A stretch of 64,000 nt of DNA from positions 22,258,001 to 22,322,000 of the forward strand of contig OX597819.1 of NCBI GenBank assembly GCA_951406725.2, in the 5' to 3' direction. Position numbers and translations under genes: made by a program. This DNA is from Octopus vulgaris (taxonomy: Eukaryota). Shown here in pieces: positions 1 through 12,722 of this stretch (within the stretch, counting starts at the first letter, position 1; each line of letters opens with the position of its first letter). The notes under the pieces were generated by a model that was given only the letters and a program-made list of their open reading frames with translations, had not been told where the DNA came from and ran no database searches.

Positions 1-460
1 CGCTTGATTGAAGAGGAAGCGTTTGTCAGTTGAAGGAGTGATGTACGCAAATTGACGGGTCGTGCACTTCGCAGATGATGGAGTAGTCCCAGATATGCGT
101 AGGGTCAGGGCACCGATGATATCTATGGAACTGCTATGAGCGACACTCATTGTTATGTTGACCAGTTTAGGTTCACGCTAGTCCAGGCCCTGTTTCGATA
201 GGAGACTTTTCCTAGAGAGGCACGACTGGCATTTAGTGTTTGCCATAGCGTTGTAACGGATAGCTTGGGTCGGTCGTGAAAGGGAACTGGCGAAACCCGA
301 CGCCCGTGTCGGCATGAATAGAGGCAGTGACGAAGGGATGGATGTTAGACCCTTGCCTGATGCAGTTTATCCCCCATCCAGCAATTGTCCTGTTCGTCGC
401 TCTGCCAGACTCGCAAAGACTGACACAAAAGCCGTCACATTGTCCCTTGATCGTCACACC
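1..460 (-). mobile_element. Degenerate Ty3/Gypsy LTR-retrotransposon pol fragment (aspartic protease region), runs off the window start
   Basis: Manual minus-strand translation across a frameshift: [11 protein letters not shown]...AMANTKCQSCLSRKSLLSKQGLD*REPKLVNITMSVAHSSSIDIIGALTLRISG...TTRQFAYITPSTDKRFL, matching the invertebrate Gypsy pattern AxADTGCQSCL...IxILGAxxLRxSG...TRQxxYxTxxxDKLFL; catalytic DTG mutated to NTK and an in-frame stop is present. Confidence 0.7.
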
Positions 461-744
461 ATCAATATTGATTAATTGTCTCTCACACTAATTATCACAT
501 TCTCATTAACCATTTAATACATATTATCACTCTTCATTGCTTCCCTCAAAAGACTTGGGGAGGGAATAGAGGATTACAACTAAACATACATATATTATCA
601 TTTATTACATTACATTCAATTAGCCATACATTATTCGTTTCATTATTCACATATTTTCCTTCACGTTTCAGGTATACTAAGGACTTTTTTCATTGCTTCA
701 ATCTGGGTGCATAAAGTGTTTGTGAAAGCAAACAGTTTTCACAC

Positions 745-1640
745 TCATTTACTGACGAGCTTCTTCTTATAGTTAAATCACTACTAGAACTAGAGTACAA
801 ATTTCTCTTATGGAAGCAATGTCTAGAATCGAGAGGCCATAGAGTTAACCTATGCAAAATCAAAGTCTTAGTAAGTAGGAAAGCAGACAAATGGTAAAGC
901 CCTTCAGGAAGATGGCCCTGCTCAATCTGAAGGAAACGGCTAGGTAGATGTACTCAGTGTAACACGTAATAGGTGTTGAAATATCAGAGGAAGATAAACT
1001 GGGAAAATACATTTTGTATGAAATAAACACTAAAAATGTACAGAAAATGGACTTCATGAAATGCCAGAGGAGTACAATAGAGATCATTGAGTAACAAAGT
1101 CAGTAGCAGAGGTAGATGAACCAAGAGTGTGGCTGCAAGAATAAAAATAGGCTGAGCAAATTCAGAGAGCTCCTTCCTCTGTTTGGTAACTAAGGGTCTC
1201 TCCTTCAGAGTGAAAGGCAGATTTATGATGCCTCTGCAGACAGCTATGCTACATGGCAGTTAAACATGGGCTGTGACTGCAGAGAACATGTATAGGCTTG
1301 GAGGAAATTAAGCTAGCATGCTTCACTGGATCTGCAATGTTAGTGTGCATGTACAACAAAATCTAAATGTTTTGAGAGAAAAGTTAGACATAAGGATCAT
1401 CAGGTATAGTGTGCAAGAGAGACAACTGAGCTGATATGGTCATGTGATACATGTAGATGAGGACAGCTGTCTGAAGAAGTGCTGATCTCTAGCATTTGAG
1501 AGAAGCTGTGGAAGAAGTAGACTTAAGAAGGCATTGGACAAGCTGGTAATGCATGATCTTTGACTGTTGAAACTTATGGAGGCAATGACTAATGACCGAC
1601 ACCTTTGGTGACATGTCATGCTTGCGAAGACAATATATTG
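745..1640 (+). mobile_element. Degenerate RTE-clade LINE fragment (RT C-terminal half)
   Basis: Reads WKQCLESRGHRVNL..KVLVSRK..SGRWPCSI, then ..KFRELLPL..KGLSFRVKGR..AMLHGS*TWAVT; collinear with the better preserved copy at 14060-16090. Confidence 0.8.
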
Positions 1641-1699
1641 TAATTAATTTCTCATCAATTAATTTTTTTACAACCCCTGCCCACAACACTCATAGAATG

Positions 1700-1845
1700 C
1701 TTGACATTAGGAAGGGCATCCATCCGTAGAAACAATGCCAAATCAAACTAGAGTCTGCTACAGTCCCTCAGCTTACCAGCCCTGATGAAACTGTCCAAGC
1801 CATGCCAGCATGGATAATGGACATTATATGATGATGATGATGACA
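1700..1845 (+). repeat. RTE 3'-end repeat with (GAT)n tail; related copies at ~4620-4790(+), 6175-6367(+), 9040-9180(-), 12245-12566(+), 17960-18260(+)
   Basis: Shared motif ttaggaagggcatccagc..tagaaac..tgccaaatcagactggag...tccaacccatgccagcatgga..ggacgttaaa(tga)n; the same sequence forms the 3' end of the RTE at 14060-14250. Confidence 0.75.
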
Positions 1846-2699
1846 ACAATTCTTTTTGTAAAACTTTTGCATTTTATGCTGAACATCTTCTAGTTTAAAG
1901 TTAATTTTATGCATTGAATTTTCATTTCCAGTGAAATCAATTTTAATATTTCAAATTCAAAAATATTGAACAAAATAAATTGAAAAACTGAAGCAAGTAC
2001 TACTTCTATATTTGTAAAAACAAAAACAAAAAGAAACAAATACAGGAAAATTAACAAAATTGCGCTAAAGTGAACTTAAGAAACAGAATACTGTGTAAGC
2101 CAAGAGACAACTGTATTTTATGAAAGTACCATATTGCATAAACACAAAAGAAAACATTGCAGAGGGAATTAAACAGAAACAGATATCAACATGACACATA
2201 CAACCCATGCTAGTATGGATAAAATGATGATTAGATATTTCTGTCCAGAGAAAATTCAATGACAAACTTATGCAACCAACAATAACCTCAAACTTAGCAG
2301 ATTATTGTAGATAAGCAACAACTCAAGAAAGCCTGTCAAATTTCTATGTTCTTACAATAAACTGATTGCAAGTATTTAAGTATGTAGACAACATAATTTC
2401 ATGTATTTTTATGCATCAATACAAGTGTAAAAATAAGTCTCATACCTACGTTCATTTTGCCATCCTAACATGAGTTTGAAAAATATAAGGTTTAATAGTT
2501 GGGTAACCTTGCCATGGCTAATGCTGGTTTTCCTACTAAAGATTTGTATGTATGTACAAATGATTCATTTGTATACAAACATGACAAAAGTAAATAGACA
2601 CCCATTAACACATTGTTTTATGGTTACTTTCATTTGAAGAGGTTTATTTTTTTTTTATTAATTGACATTTCTATGTTTCAGTTTCTATATGTGACTGTT

Positions 2700-3390
2700 T
2701 AATCATGCCATGTACAAAAGAAGCCTTAAAAACGTCCGATTTACAAAGAGGCCATATGCTGCGCCTATTTCAAGGCTGACTTAGCCTAAAACCACAGAAA
2801 ACCTTGTGATTCCACTTTCTACAGTAAACAGAGTAATTGTTCAATTCAATAGATGGGAAAGTAGTCCACATCACCTTGCCCAGGTCAACTAAGGCCCTCT
2901 GACAGAACACTTTACTTTGTTAAGAAAAGTGAGGAAGATAATCCTCATTGCAAGGCCTCTAACAGAGCAGAACAAATTGATGTCAGTCCCAGAATAGCTG
3001 TCAGGTATCTCTGCAGATTGACTATTATGGCAGAGAAGTGAGAAGGATGATATTGCTTCAACCAGCCAATATCAAATGGAGAAAAGATTGGACAAGTGAG
3101 ATGGTAGAGAGGCCACTAGCACTTTGGGACACTGTCATATTCTCTGATGAGTCCAGATTTGCTGTATTTTCTGACACTGGTCGAGCGTGGGTCTGGAGAG
3201 TCCGTCACCAAAATTTTCACCTGAATAGATTGCAGCCAACAATGAAACATGTGATGGTCTGGAGGGCAATTTAAAGCAATGGTCAATCAGAAATTGTGGA
3301 GTGTGAAGGATACATAAACTCAGATAAATATGCGTCCATATTGTAGAAAAACTTCTTCCTAACTTCTCCAGTGGTGAAATGATTAAAGAA
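2700..3390 (+). mobile_element. Degenerate Tc1-like transposase fragment
   Basis: ORF 3038-3274 contains WDTVIFSDESRF..GRAWVWR..LQPTMKH.VMVW; an upstream N-terminal relic (..DLQRGH..) lies near 2735; truncated before the second catalytic D. Confidence 0.8.
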
Positions 3391-3399
3391 CAACTACTT

Positions 3400-3960
3400 G
3401 TTGCCTAGATTTTCCCTCAGGGCCAACTCACCAAACAGAAATTAATGAGAGATCTAATCACCTTCCATCCTGATCACATAAATACTTCTCACATAATTGG
3501 TGCTCAAATACAGCAGGCTCCACGCTAGGAGACTGACAGCTTTTGAGGCATTCATATCACTTACATTCGCCATCAGTTACCCAGTATATGCATAAATCAA
3601 ATACATCACACATTTGCAGTACTAACAAGCCATTACTATTGCATTTTCTGACTTCATGTTTCCCAGTTATGTCCCAATATTTGTTATCCTTGCAAATGCT
3701 TGCATTGAAATCACCAGGAATGAAGATTTTATAAGCACAAAGAACACTGCACATAAACTTTTTACATGAAAGATAAAATGTTAGTTTTCTTTTTCTCTTC
3801 AGAGGAACACATGGTTGGAGGGTAGACGCTTACTAACGTAACAAATCTCTTGTTTGACAATGGCATTCTCACTGACATCAAGGTAATCAGTAAACATAAT
3901 GATTTATTTCTAGAGTGCATGACCATATTAGTGGGTCCACATTTCTAATATCTGACCAGT
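3400..3960 (-). mobile_element. RTE-type LINE apurinic endonuclease fragment
   Basis: ORF 3557-3754: IFIPGDFNASICKD...GKHEVRKCNSNGLLVLQMC, the APE GDFNA/NxNG motif of RTE/BovB-like elements. Confidence 0.75.
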
Positions 3961-4129
3961 AGAGGACAGCAGGCAGTGGTTTAGTTTTATGATGTACATT
4001 CTAGGTGACACTTCCTCAAGGTGTCAAGTAGTGGGACTAAACCTGAAAACACACTTCATAACTTACAGGACCATAAACAGAAGAGGGCTGACGACCAAGT
4101 TTTAACGGGTCCCAACTTGCACACTTAAT

Positions 4130-4500
4130 GTGTTGTTGTACTCTTTGTTAACTCTCACTTTGCTGACTACTACTCTGTACATAGCCTGTACAGCTGCACA
4201 AGCCATTCTTCTACTCTTTCTTTCCTTAAGAACCACCTGATGATCAAACTACCAAAGTTCTTCTCCAACTCTATGAATGTTACGTATACATGCTTACTAC
4301 TAAGCTCTTCTCTTGCAGTAATCTCATTAGGAAGATGATATTAATTGTACCTGTTCCTGGTATAAAGCCCAATCACATCTCATTTAGACTTGTTCCTAAT
4401 CAATCTTGTAATATTAACTCTTTCAATAACTTTCCTAACCTGGTCTGACAATTTGATTCTCTGTAATCTCCTCTGTTGTGTATCTGCTTTGCCTTTTTAA
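4130..4500 (-). mobile_element. Degenerate RTE RT fragment
   Basis: Minus strand reads ..KGKADT..DYRESNCQTRLGKLLK..DVIGLYTRNRYN.., collinear with the KGKDD..NYRGI..QFGFVPGRSTT region of the copy at 15656-16066. Confidence 0.6.
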
Positions 4501-5194
4501 CAGTTTACAATCCTCTGTTGAATGTGCAATGACAAAGTACTAGTGTATTTAGAGAAAAGTTTGGCATAAGAGGAATTAAATATAGTGTGCAAGAGAGAAG
4601 ACCACTGGTTTGGCAATGTGATGCACGTAAAAGCACCCATTACACTCTTGGAGTGGTTGGCATTAGGAAGGGCATCCAGCCTTAGAAACCATGCTAAATC
4701 AGAATGGAGTCTAGTGCAGTCTTCCAGCTTGCCAGCCCTGGTTAAACTGTCCAACCCATGCCAGCATATACAATGAATGTTAGATGGTGTTGAAATCTAC
4801 TTCGGCTATAGGAACTCGGTCACCAGCAAAGCAGAGTTCCCATTGGCAGCCAACCTCAAACTCTTCTGCTATAACCTGAAAGACTATGGTGAATAGGAGT
4901 GGTGTTAGGAGAATGAGTTGTAGGGAAGAGGCATGTCAGGGACAGACTGGGTGCAGGGACATAGACAAATTATATGAAATGGACAGGTGTTCTCAAGAAC
5001 AGCAAATCACCAGTCATCTTGGTGCTTTTGTCATCCACCCCATGATACTCAACACAGAGGAGATGACTACTTCACTTCTTCGTTCCACAGCTCTTTCTGC
5101 ATTTAATTGCTGGCACTTCGTTATGCAACTGTCATCTCCACTGCACATCACATGATCACACCAGTGCAGTCTTCTCTCTTGTACACACACATGG

Positions 5195-5410
5195 CAGACT
5201 TTTTCAGCTTTTTTCATGTTTGTTTCTTTGTATCTGTGTTTGTCTCCAACCACCAATTGACAACCAGTGTTGGTATGTTTATGTTCCCATAACTTAACGG
5301 TTCAGCAAAACAGACCAACTGAGTAAGTACTAGGCTTTTGACTAAAACCCTTCGAGGTGATGCCCCAGCATAACTGCAGTCAAATGACTGAAACAAGAAA
5401 AAGATAAAAG
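5195..5410 (+). mobile_element. 3' half of SINE family 1 (old copy)
   Basis: Reverse complement of the 3' body of the SINE at 7941-8376 (..ggttcagcaaaacagacc...gcagtcaaatgactgaaacaag). Confidence 0.65.
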
Positions 5411-6573
5411 GCTTTGCTTACAAGGACCATAGAAGAAGGCACTTGCAGAAGGTGCCATGCAGTGGGACAGAACCTGAAACTACTTGCCTTGCAGTATTTT
5501 GGTACATAACCTTATGTTCAAAGTTCAAATCCTGTAGAGAATAAAATCCAGTCCCAAAATAAGGTTAACTGAAGCTGCTCTACACCCTCCACCCCCATGC
5601 CCGCTCCCTTCTGTGTTGCTAGTTATGTCTCATTTTATTCTGAAATCAAATGTTTTTGTAACAATCTATAAAACTTATTATTAGCATAGTTACTGAATAC
5701 TAGGTCTTTGGATATGTAGTGGAATTTTGTCACACCACTTTCTAATGATATTGATTTCTTTTTACATAGGCACAAGGTCAGAAATTTGTAAGAAGGGGTT
5801 AGTAGTGCATTTTATCAACTCCAGAAGGATGAAACACAAAGTTGACCTAAGACACACAGACACACCACACACACATTGATTGTCCTCACAGCTAACATTA
5901 ACACTCCTTTTCTAAAACCATAGAAAAGAAGAAAACTATTTTGTGTGGCACTAAATTCTGCCAATCTTTTATTTAATGATGATTTCTGAAGCACATCAAG
6001 GCAAGAAATTTAATGTTTACAGAATTACAAGTGATATTCAGTAATCAAATTGTGTAATCTCACAGAAAAAAAGAGGAGGATTGCTAAGGAAGCCCCGTCT
6101 TCTCTTAGAAGCTTCACTAGACATTTACTTAATCTTATGGGTCCATTTTTTACTGTTTTTTTTTTATATATACATCTTGCTGGTACCTTGTAAAAAGCAC
6201 CCAGTACACTCTGTAAAGTGGTTGGTGTTAGGAAGGGCATCCAGCCATAGAAGCCATGCCTAAACAGACATGGAGCCTAGTACAGCTCTCTAGGTTACCA
6301 GCTCCTATCAAACCATCCAAACCATTCCAGCATAAAAAAACGGATGTTAAATGACGATGGTGATGAACTTGTTTGTAACTATTATTTTCTTTTTCATTGA
6401 ATTCAATAACTATATTTGTATATTTTAAATGAAAAGAAAATGATAGAAAAATAAAAAAAAAGAAATCAAACTATTTGTTTCTAATTCTTTTGTTTAAGCA
6501 TGTTCTCAGCAAGTACGTACTTATATATATTCATTTAAGAGTCTTAGCTCATCGAAATGTAATTGATTTCCAG

Positions 6574-6647
6574 GAAGTGAAGAAGTGTTATGTATGTCAA
6601 CAGATGAAATAATTAGCCGAACCAGACTGCTTGATAATGAAGTTAGC
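6574..6647 (+). pseudogene. PSMC3: PSMC3/Rpt5 (26S proteasome regulatory subunit 6A)-like exon
   Basis: tttccag|GA AGT GAA GAA GTG...GAA GTT AGC|gtaagt; translates [24 protein letters not shown] versus the known Rpt5 N-terminus [24 protein letters not shown]; canonical acceptor and donor. Confidence 0.9.
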
Positions 6648-7299
6648 GTAAGTAAATATGTAACATTATTATTTAAGGTTCCCTCTTGATCTACTTATTT
6701 CTTTATAGTTTTACATTCGTTGCAGTTTGAAGAAATATTCTAATTACATAATCAATTAGAATTGCTACTACTAGAAATGCATAATTAGCAATATTCTTTA
6801 CAAGTTTGCTGTGTTTGTTTTTATATATGGGAGACATCATTTTCCTTGCAGGTATGAGTCGACTGATCTGTTGTACTCCATATCACCACTTATTCTTATC
6901 CTCTGTCATCTTGTTTAAGAGATTTGATCATTCTGTGACCTCATCACTTTCATATCATCCCTAGTCTTCTGCTGTTTTTATGATTACCTTTCAGTGTCAG
7001 CATCCAGAAATTGTAGAACCTTTTTGGACGGACTGTTCATCTTCTCCTTCAGTGATTTATTTAACACTACAACTTAACCCTTGATTACAGACTACCACTC
7101 CGTCATCTGCAGTTAACTCCCACGTCTCACCCCAAGACAGACACTGCTCTTTCTTCTCTGTCAAAGCCATTTTAGAAAAACATTTTTTTTTCCACGTGTT
7201 TTTCCACATCACTCCTACAACTAAAACTCATAATCCCAAATCTTTCAAGTAATTCACTCATAACTGTACTGCAGCAGTTCAGAAAGACCATTCTTTATA

Positions 7300-8164
7300 A
7301 TGCTCAAAGAAAACCGCCTACCCTTACAATCTGGGAACAACATTTACTCACCATTGACACACATATCTCCATACACAAACCCACAAGCCATGTGGTTGGT
7401 ACTTTAGATCCCTTGCTAAAAGGACCTTGGTAAGTCTGTAGAATCCTCCTTCCTTCCATATTTGCTGTCTATTTGGAATACAACTACACACTGTACACAT
7501 CAGATAAATCTCTTCCAGAGCTGTCCTTTTCTCCACTCTACCAGATTTATACATGCCCCGTATGGAAATGCCTCCTGTTACTTCAAACCAACAAGACCAC
7601 CAGCCCTGACAGTGTCCCTTCCATTACATACAAACAATGCACATCAGAACTAGCATCTATCTTTGCAAACTTCTCAACCCCTCTCTCTACAAGAATCAAT
7701 CACAATCTTTAGTAAAACAATACAATTTGTACTGTTTCCAAGGAGAAGAATCCCCTAATTTGACCAATTATTGACCTCATTGCTCTCATCTTCTCAAAGA
7801 CAATGGAGACATCCATTAAGAATCACCTTTTCAAAACCTTAAATTCCTTTTCCACCTTAATGACTACCAGTAGAACTGCAATAATATCAGATCTACTGGA
7901 GACTCGTTCTTTTATGTCTCCCACCAGTTGCCTTTTCGCCCTTTTCTTTCTTTTCTTTTCTTTTACTTGTTTCAGTCATTTGACTGCAGCCATGCTGGAG
8001 CACCGCCTTTAGTCGAGCAAATCAACCCCGGGATTTATTCTTTGTAAGCCCAGTACTTATTCTATTGGTCCCTTTTGCCGAACCGCTAAGTGACGGATAC
8101 GTAAACACACCAGCATCAGTTGTCAAGCAATGCTAGGGGGACAAACATAGATACACAAACACAT

Positions 8165-8214
<50 letters not shown>

Positions 8215-8690
8215 GATAGGCTTCTTTCAGTTTCCGTCTGCCAAATCCACTCACAAGGCATTGGTCGGCCCGGGGCTATAGCAGAAGACACTTGCCCAAG
8301 ATGCCACGCAGTGGGACTGAACCCGGAACCATGAGGTTGGTTAGCAAGCTACTTACCACACAGCCACTCCTGCGCCCTTGAGAAATTTTGCAAGGGAACT
8401 GTTGTTGCACTTGATAGCTAGTTCAATTGCATCTTGTATATCGACCTATGAGTGCCAGTCTTATGGGTTGGAAGCCTCCTCACAATGTGGCATGTGCACT
8501 CACCAGTATTGCTGGACCCATCTTACCACTCTACAACCCCAATACACTATTGTCATGCAGCAATTCAAGTACAGCATTAACCATGTTGATCTAATTAGTC
8601 TTCTTGGAGATTCTACAAAGATCCTGGCCACTGCTGTTTCTTCCAAATCAAACTACCAACAAACAAGAATGAAATGGTATGGAAATTCTT
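7300..8690 (+). mobile_element. Degenerate Jockey/CR1-group LINE RT fragment, interrupted by a SINE
   Basis: LLLLQTNKTTSPDSVPSITYKQCTSELASIF (K-x-x-GPD motif), then LTNY*P..IAL..METSIKNHL; weak C-terminal remnant resumes after the SINE at ~8378. Confidence 0.6.
7941..8376 (-). mobile_element. tRNA-derived SINE family 1, full length
   Basis: Minus-strand head GGCGCAGGAGTGGCTGTGTGGTAAG (A box)...GGTTCAGTCCC (B box), internal (AT)n(GT)n, simple-repeat tail; nearly identical copies elsewhere in the window. Confidence 0.9.
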
Positions 8691-8746
8691 TACAGTTTGT
8701 TACATTTCAAAATGCATATATTTCTTTATTTCTTTATTCATTTTAG

Positions 8747-8842
8747 ATCATGAGGACAGATGATCAGAGAATCAAACATGAACTTCGAACCCAGAAAGAC
8801 AAAATAAAAGAAAACAAAGAGAAAATCAAAATGAATTTATAA
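8747..8842 (+). pseudogene. PSMC3: PSMC3/Rpt5-like next exon, truncated by a premature stop at the junction with an RTE fragment
   Basis: Polypyrimidine tract + ttttag|ATC ATG...; translates [31 protein letters not shown] versus Rpt5 [37 protein letters not shown]; in phase 0 with the previous exon. Confidence 0.9.
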
Positions 8843-9035
8843 GGGAAATTAGAGAGGAAATTGCAGGTATGAAAGTTAAACCTAGAATCAAGAGGTATTA
8901 AGGTAAACTTAGTAAAGTTGAAAGTTTTAGTAAGTAGAAAAGAAGACAGGACCCTGGCACCTTTAGGGAAATGGTCTTGTTTGATCTGCAGAAAAGTAGG
9001 AGTTATATAAACTGCCTACACTTTACCCAATGTAA
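8843..9035 (+). mobile_element. RTE LINE fragment abutting the PSMC3-like exon
   Basis: Reads ..LERKLQV*KLNLESRGIKVNLVKLKVLVSRK..GKWSCLICRK, the same segment as 790-930 and 15290-15420(-). Confidence 0.8.
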
Positions 9036-9184
9036 GCTATCATCATCATCGTTTATTGTCCGCTTTCAATGCTAGCATGGGTTGGACAGTTTGACTGAGT
9101 GCTGGCGAACCAGATGGCTGCACCAGGCTCCAGTCTTGATCTGGCAGTTTCTACATCTGGATGCCCTTCCTAATGCCAACCAAG

Positions 9185-9700
9185 GGTTTAGTCAAACTAA
9201 TCAATCTCAGTGCTAATTTTTGAAGCCTTGTATTTATCAGTCTCTTTTTGCCAAACCACTAGGTTACAGAGATGTAAACAAGCTAATAACACTGGTTGTC
9301 AAGCAGTGGTGGTGGTGGGGGCGATAAACACAGACACACATATATAGATATATACATGACAGGCTTCTTTCAGTTTCCATCTCCCCAACTCACTCACAAG
9401 GCTTCAGTTGGCTTGAGGCTATTGTAGGCTATAGCAGAGGACATTTATCCAAGGTGCCACACAGTGGAACTGAACCCAGAACCATGTGGTTGGGAAGCAA
9501 ACTTCTTACCACAAAGCCATGCCTGCACTTACTCTCATCCATCCATTTAACCTTCTTTCAGTTTCCATTTACCAACTTCACTCACAATGTTTTTTTATAA
9601 ACCCAGTAACAGAAGACACTTGTGCTGTACGGTGGGGCTGAACCTGAAACCATTTGGCTTGGAAGCAAGCTTCTTAGCTACACAGCACTCTTGTACCTCT
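9185..9700 (-). mobile_element. Two older partial copies of SINE family 1
   Basis: cttctttcagtttcc...ctcacaa...agaagacactt...gggactgaacc..aaccat..ggttgggaagcaa motifs occur twice (~9185-9530 and ~9550-9700). Confidence 0.75.
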
Positions 9701-10220
9701 TTGCTAGTTCAAAAAATGTCTATATTATAAGGGTTAAATAATCTGGATCCAAAATTTACTCATTTTTTGGCCTTTGAAACAGAATTTTTTCTACCAAATG
9801 TTCCTCACAAAACAGTAGCACTCAAAATCTGTGAAATTGTCAATTTTAACACATTACATTACATTTAGTTTTTACTGTCCCCAGAGTCCTAGAGATAAGG
9901 CTGGACTTCTAAATTCATCTTACAAACTTCCACTCAGTTACCCTCATCTTTCCAGTTTTACTAACAAGAGTTGGGTTGAGCTAAAGCTGTTGTGGAATCA
10001 GACCCAAGACCTTGTGATTGTGAGGCAACCATAAATATTTGGCCATACTACATCTACACGTGCACACATACACTCACTCATTCACTCCTATTCTATAGAT
10101 ATATTTCTTAAACTTTGTTGAGATAACATTTTCAATATTTTATCAATTCTGATTTTAATCTCCTTTAAAAGAGATGTTCCTGATTTTCTATTATTGTAGC
10201 TTATAGTCTGTTTCTTTATA

Positions 10221-10599
10221 TACTCTTACTCTTTACTCTTTTACTTGTTTCAGTCATTTGACTGCGGCCACGCTGGAGCACCGCCTTTAATCGAGCAACT
10301 CGACCCCAGGACTTATTCTTTGTAAGCCCAGTACTTATTCTATCAGTCTCTTTTGCTGAACCGCTAAGCGACGGGGACATAAACACACCAGCATCGGTTG
10401 TCAAGCAATGCTAGGGGGACAAACACAGACACACAAACATACACACACACACATACATATATACGACGGGCTTCTTTCAGTTTCCGTCTACCAAATCCAC
10501 TCACAAGGCTTTGCTCGGCCCGAGGCTATAGTAGAAGACACTTGCCCAAGGTGCCACTCAGTGGGACTGAACCCGGAACCACACAGCCACACCTGCGCC
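10221..10599 (-). mobile_element. SINE family 1 copy with a short deletion in the tRNA head
   Basis: Near-identical to 7941-8376 but lacking the atgtggttgg...cttacc segment. Confidence 0.9.
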
Positions 10600-10608
10600 T
10601 TATATATA

Positions 10609-11847
10609 CAGGGGTTGAATAAAATAATGGAAACACATAGCATCATAATTTTGAAATATCTATAAAACTGTCTAAATCTTGTTTATTTTTTTATTAGTGT
10701 TCCTTAATATGTTTTGCTAAAATTGGTGTTTCATTTCAGATATCATCAGAAAAAGGCAATTTAAATACATTAAAATGACAGATTTATTGGACTTTCAAAG
10801 CGATCAAATTGTTGGTGCTCATATGACAGGCACTAATGTGTCGAAAACCGCTGAAATTTTTGGTGTATCAAGAAGTACTGTCTTGAAAGTAATGACATCC
10901 TTTGAGAAAGAGAGTAAAACCTCCTTGCTGAAACAAAATTCCAGAAAAAAACCCAAACTTTCAGATAGGGACCGTCAGAATCTTATGCGAACTGTTAGAA
11001 AGGATCACAAAAGTACAGCTCCCAAAATTACTGCAGAGCTTAATGACCACCCCAAGAACCCAGTTTCCACAAAAACTGTTTGCCGGGAGCTGCACAAAGC
11101 TGGATTTCATGAGAGGGCTGCAATCAGAAAACCACTACTTTCAAAAACAAACATTGCGAAGTGTTTAGAGTGGAGTAAAAACCTACAGACCACTGGAAGA
11201 ATGTTATTTTCTCGAGCGAGTCATCCTTTACAATGTTTCCAACCACCAGCCGAGTAACATGTGGAAACAGCCAAAAGAATCATTTGACCCAGACTGCCTT
11301 CTTCCAACAGTTAAAAATAGAGAAGGATCTGTGATGATCTGGGGGGAGGGAGTATATCTTGGAAATCTGCTGGGCCAATGGTTTCCCTTCACGGCAGAAT
11401 TAATAGTGAAGACTATTTAAGTATTTTATCTTATCAAATTCATCCTATGGTTGCAGAATTGTTTCCAAAGGTAAACGCAATCTTTCAAGATGATAATGCA
11501 CCAATTTACAAGTAAAATTGTTACTGGATGGCACGAGGAACATTCTAGTGAAGTTGAACAACTTATCTGGTCACCACAGTCCCCAGATCTCAATATTATT
11601 GAACATTTATGGTGCATTTTAGAAAGACAAGTAAGGAGTCGATATCCTTCACCATCATCACTACAAGAACTGGAGACTGTTTTAGCTGAAGAATGGACAA
11701 AAATTCCTTTGGAAACAATTCAAATTTTGTACAAGTCCATACCTCATAGAATTCATGCTGTAATTACTGCCAAAGGTGGTCCTACCCTATATTAAAATAA
11801 ATTTGTTTGAAGTTTTAAGGTGTTTCCATTATTTTGTCCAACTCCTG
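10609..11847 (+). mobile_element. Full-length Tc1-family DNA transposon, frameshifted transposase, apparent DD36E
   Basis: 28-bp TIRs CAGGGGTTGAATAAAATAATGGAAACAC / revcomp CAGGAGTTGGACAAAATAATGGAAACAC, TA on both flanks; ORF 10775-11257 (paired HTH, AEIFGVSRSTV) and 11490-11795 (WSPQSPDLNIIEHLW...KGGPTLY). Confidence 0.95.
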
Positions 11848-12565
11848 TATGTACACGTGTGTGTATAGTTGTAAAAATACTTTCCTATATTATGAACAAC
11901 TGATAGAATACATAATATGCAAAATATATGCTATTCATGCAATAAATTATTGGAAGTTGGTGATTGTGGAGCAAACTATTAGTATACGAAATGTCCAACA
12001 TAATGAGAAGCTATAAATATATAAATGTTCACTCTAATGCAGGTGGAGATCCACTTTGATGTTTATTCAGTCCATGTTTTGAAAAGATTTTCTCCTTGAA
12101 AGTTTGTGATACATCATTGCTTACTGAACATCTGTGGATGACTTGAACCTAGAATAGATTATTGCAGGCCATCCATTGGATGTGGCTACTGGCTGGAGTT
12201 GAGCTCAGTACTCTAAACTAACTGTTTGTCAGTATGTAGATATATCAAAATCAAAATGAAATGGAAATTGTAGCTGTGATCCGAACGTGGCTGATGTCAG
12301 CTTAACTGGTTTCCATGCCAGTGGCACATAAAAAGCACCAACCAATCATGGTTGTTGCCAGCTCCCTCTGGCCCCTGTGCCAGTGGCACATACAAAGCAC
12401 CCAATACACTCTCAGATTGGTTGGCGTTAGGAAGGGCATAGAAACACTGTAGAAACACTTCCAGATCAGACTGAAGCCTGGTGCTGCCTTCTGGCTTTCC
12501 AGACCCCTATCGAACCGTCCAACCCATGACAGCAAGGAAAACGAACGTTAAACGATGATGATGAT

Positions 12566-12656
12566 GTATGTATGTATGTATGTATGTATGTATGTATGTA
12601 TGTATGTATGTATGTATGTATATATATATATATATATATAGACATATATATATATA

Positions 12657-12719
<63 letters not shown>
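12566..12719. repeat. (TATG)n-(TA)n compound microsatellite
   Basis: Directly visible; follows the (GAT)n tail of an RTE 3'-end repeat. Confidence 0.95.

Positions 12720-12722
<3 letters not shown>

Noticed and set aside
10398-10665. Recurrent ORFs MSSNARGTNT.../MLGGQTQTHK... (also 17220, 18798, 30452)
   Set aside because: Antisense reading of SINE family 1, not a gene family.
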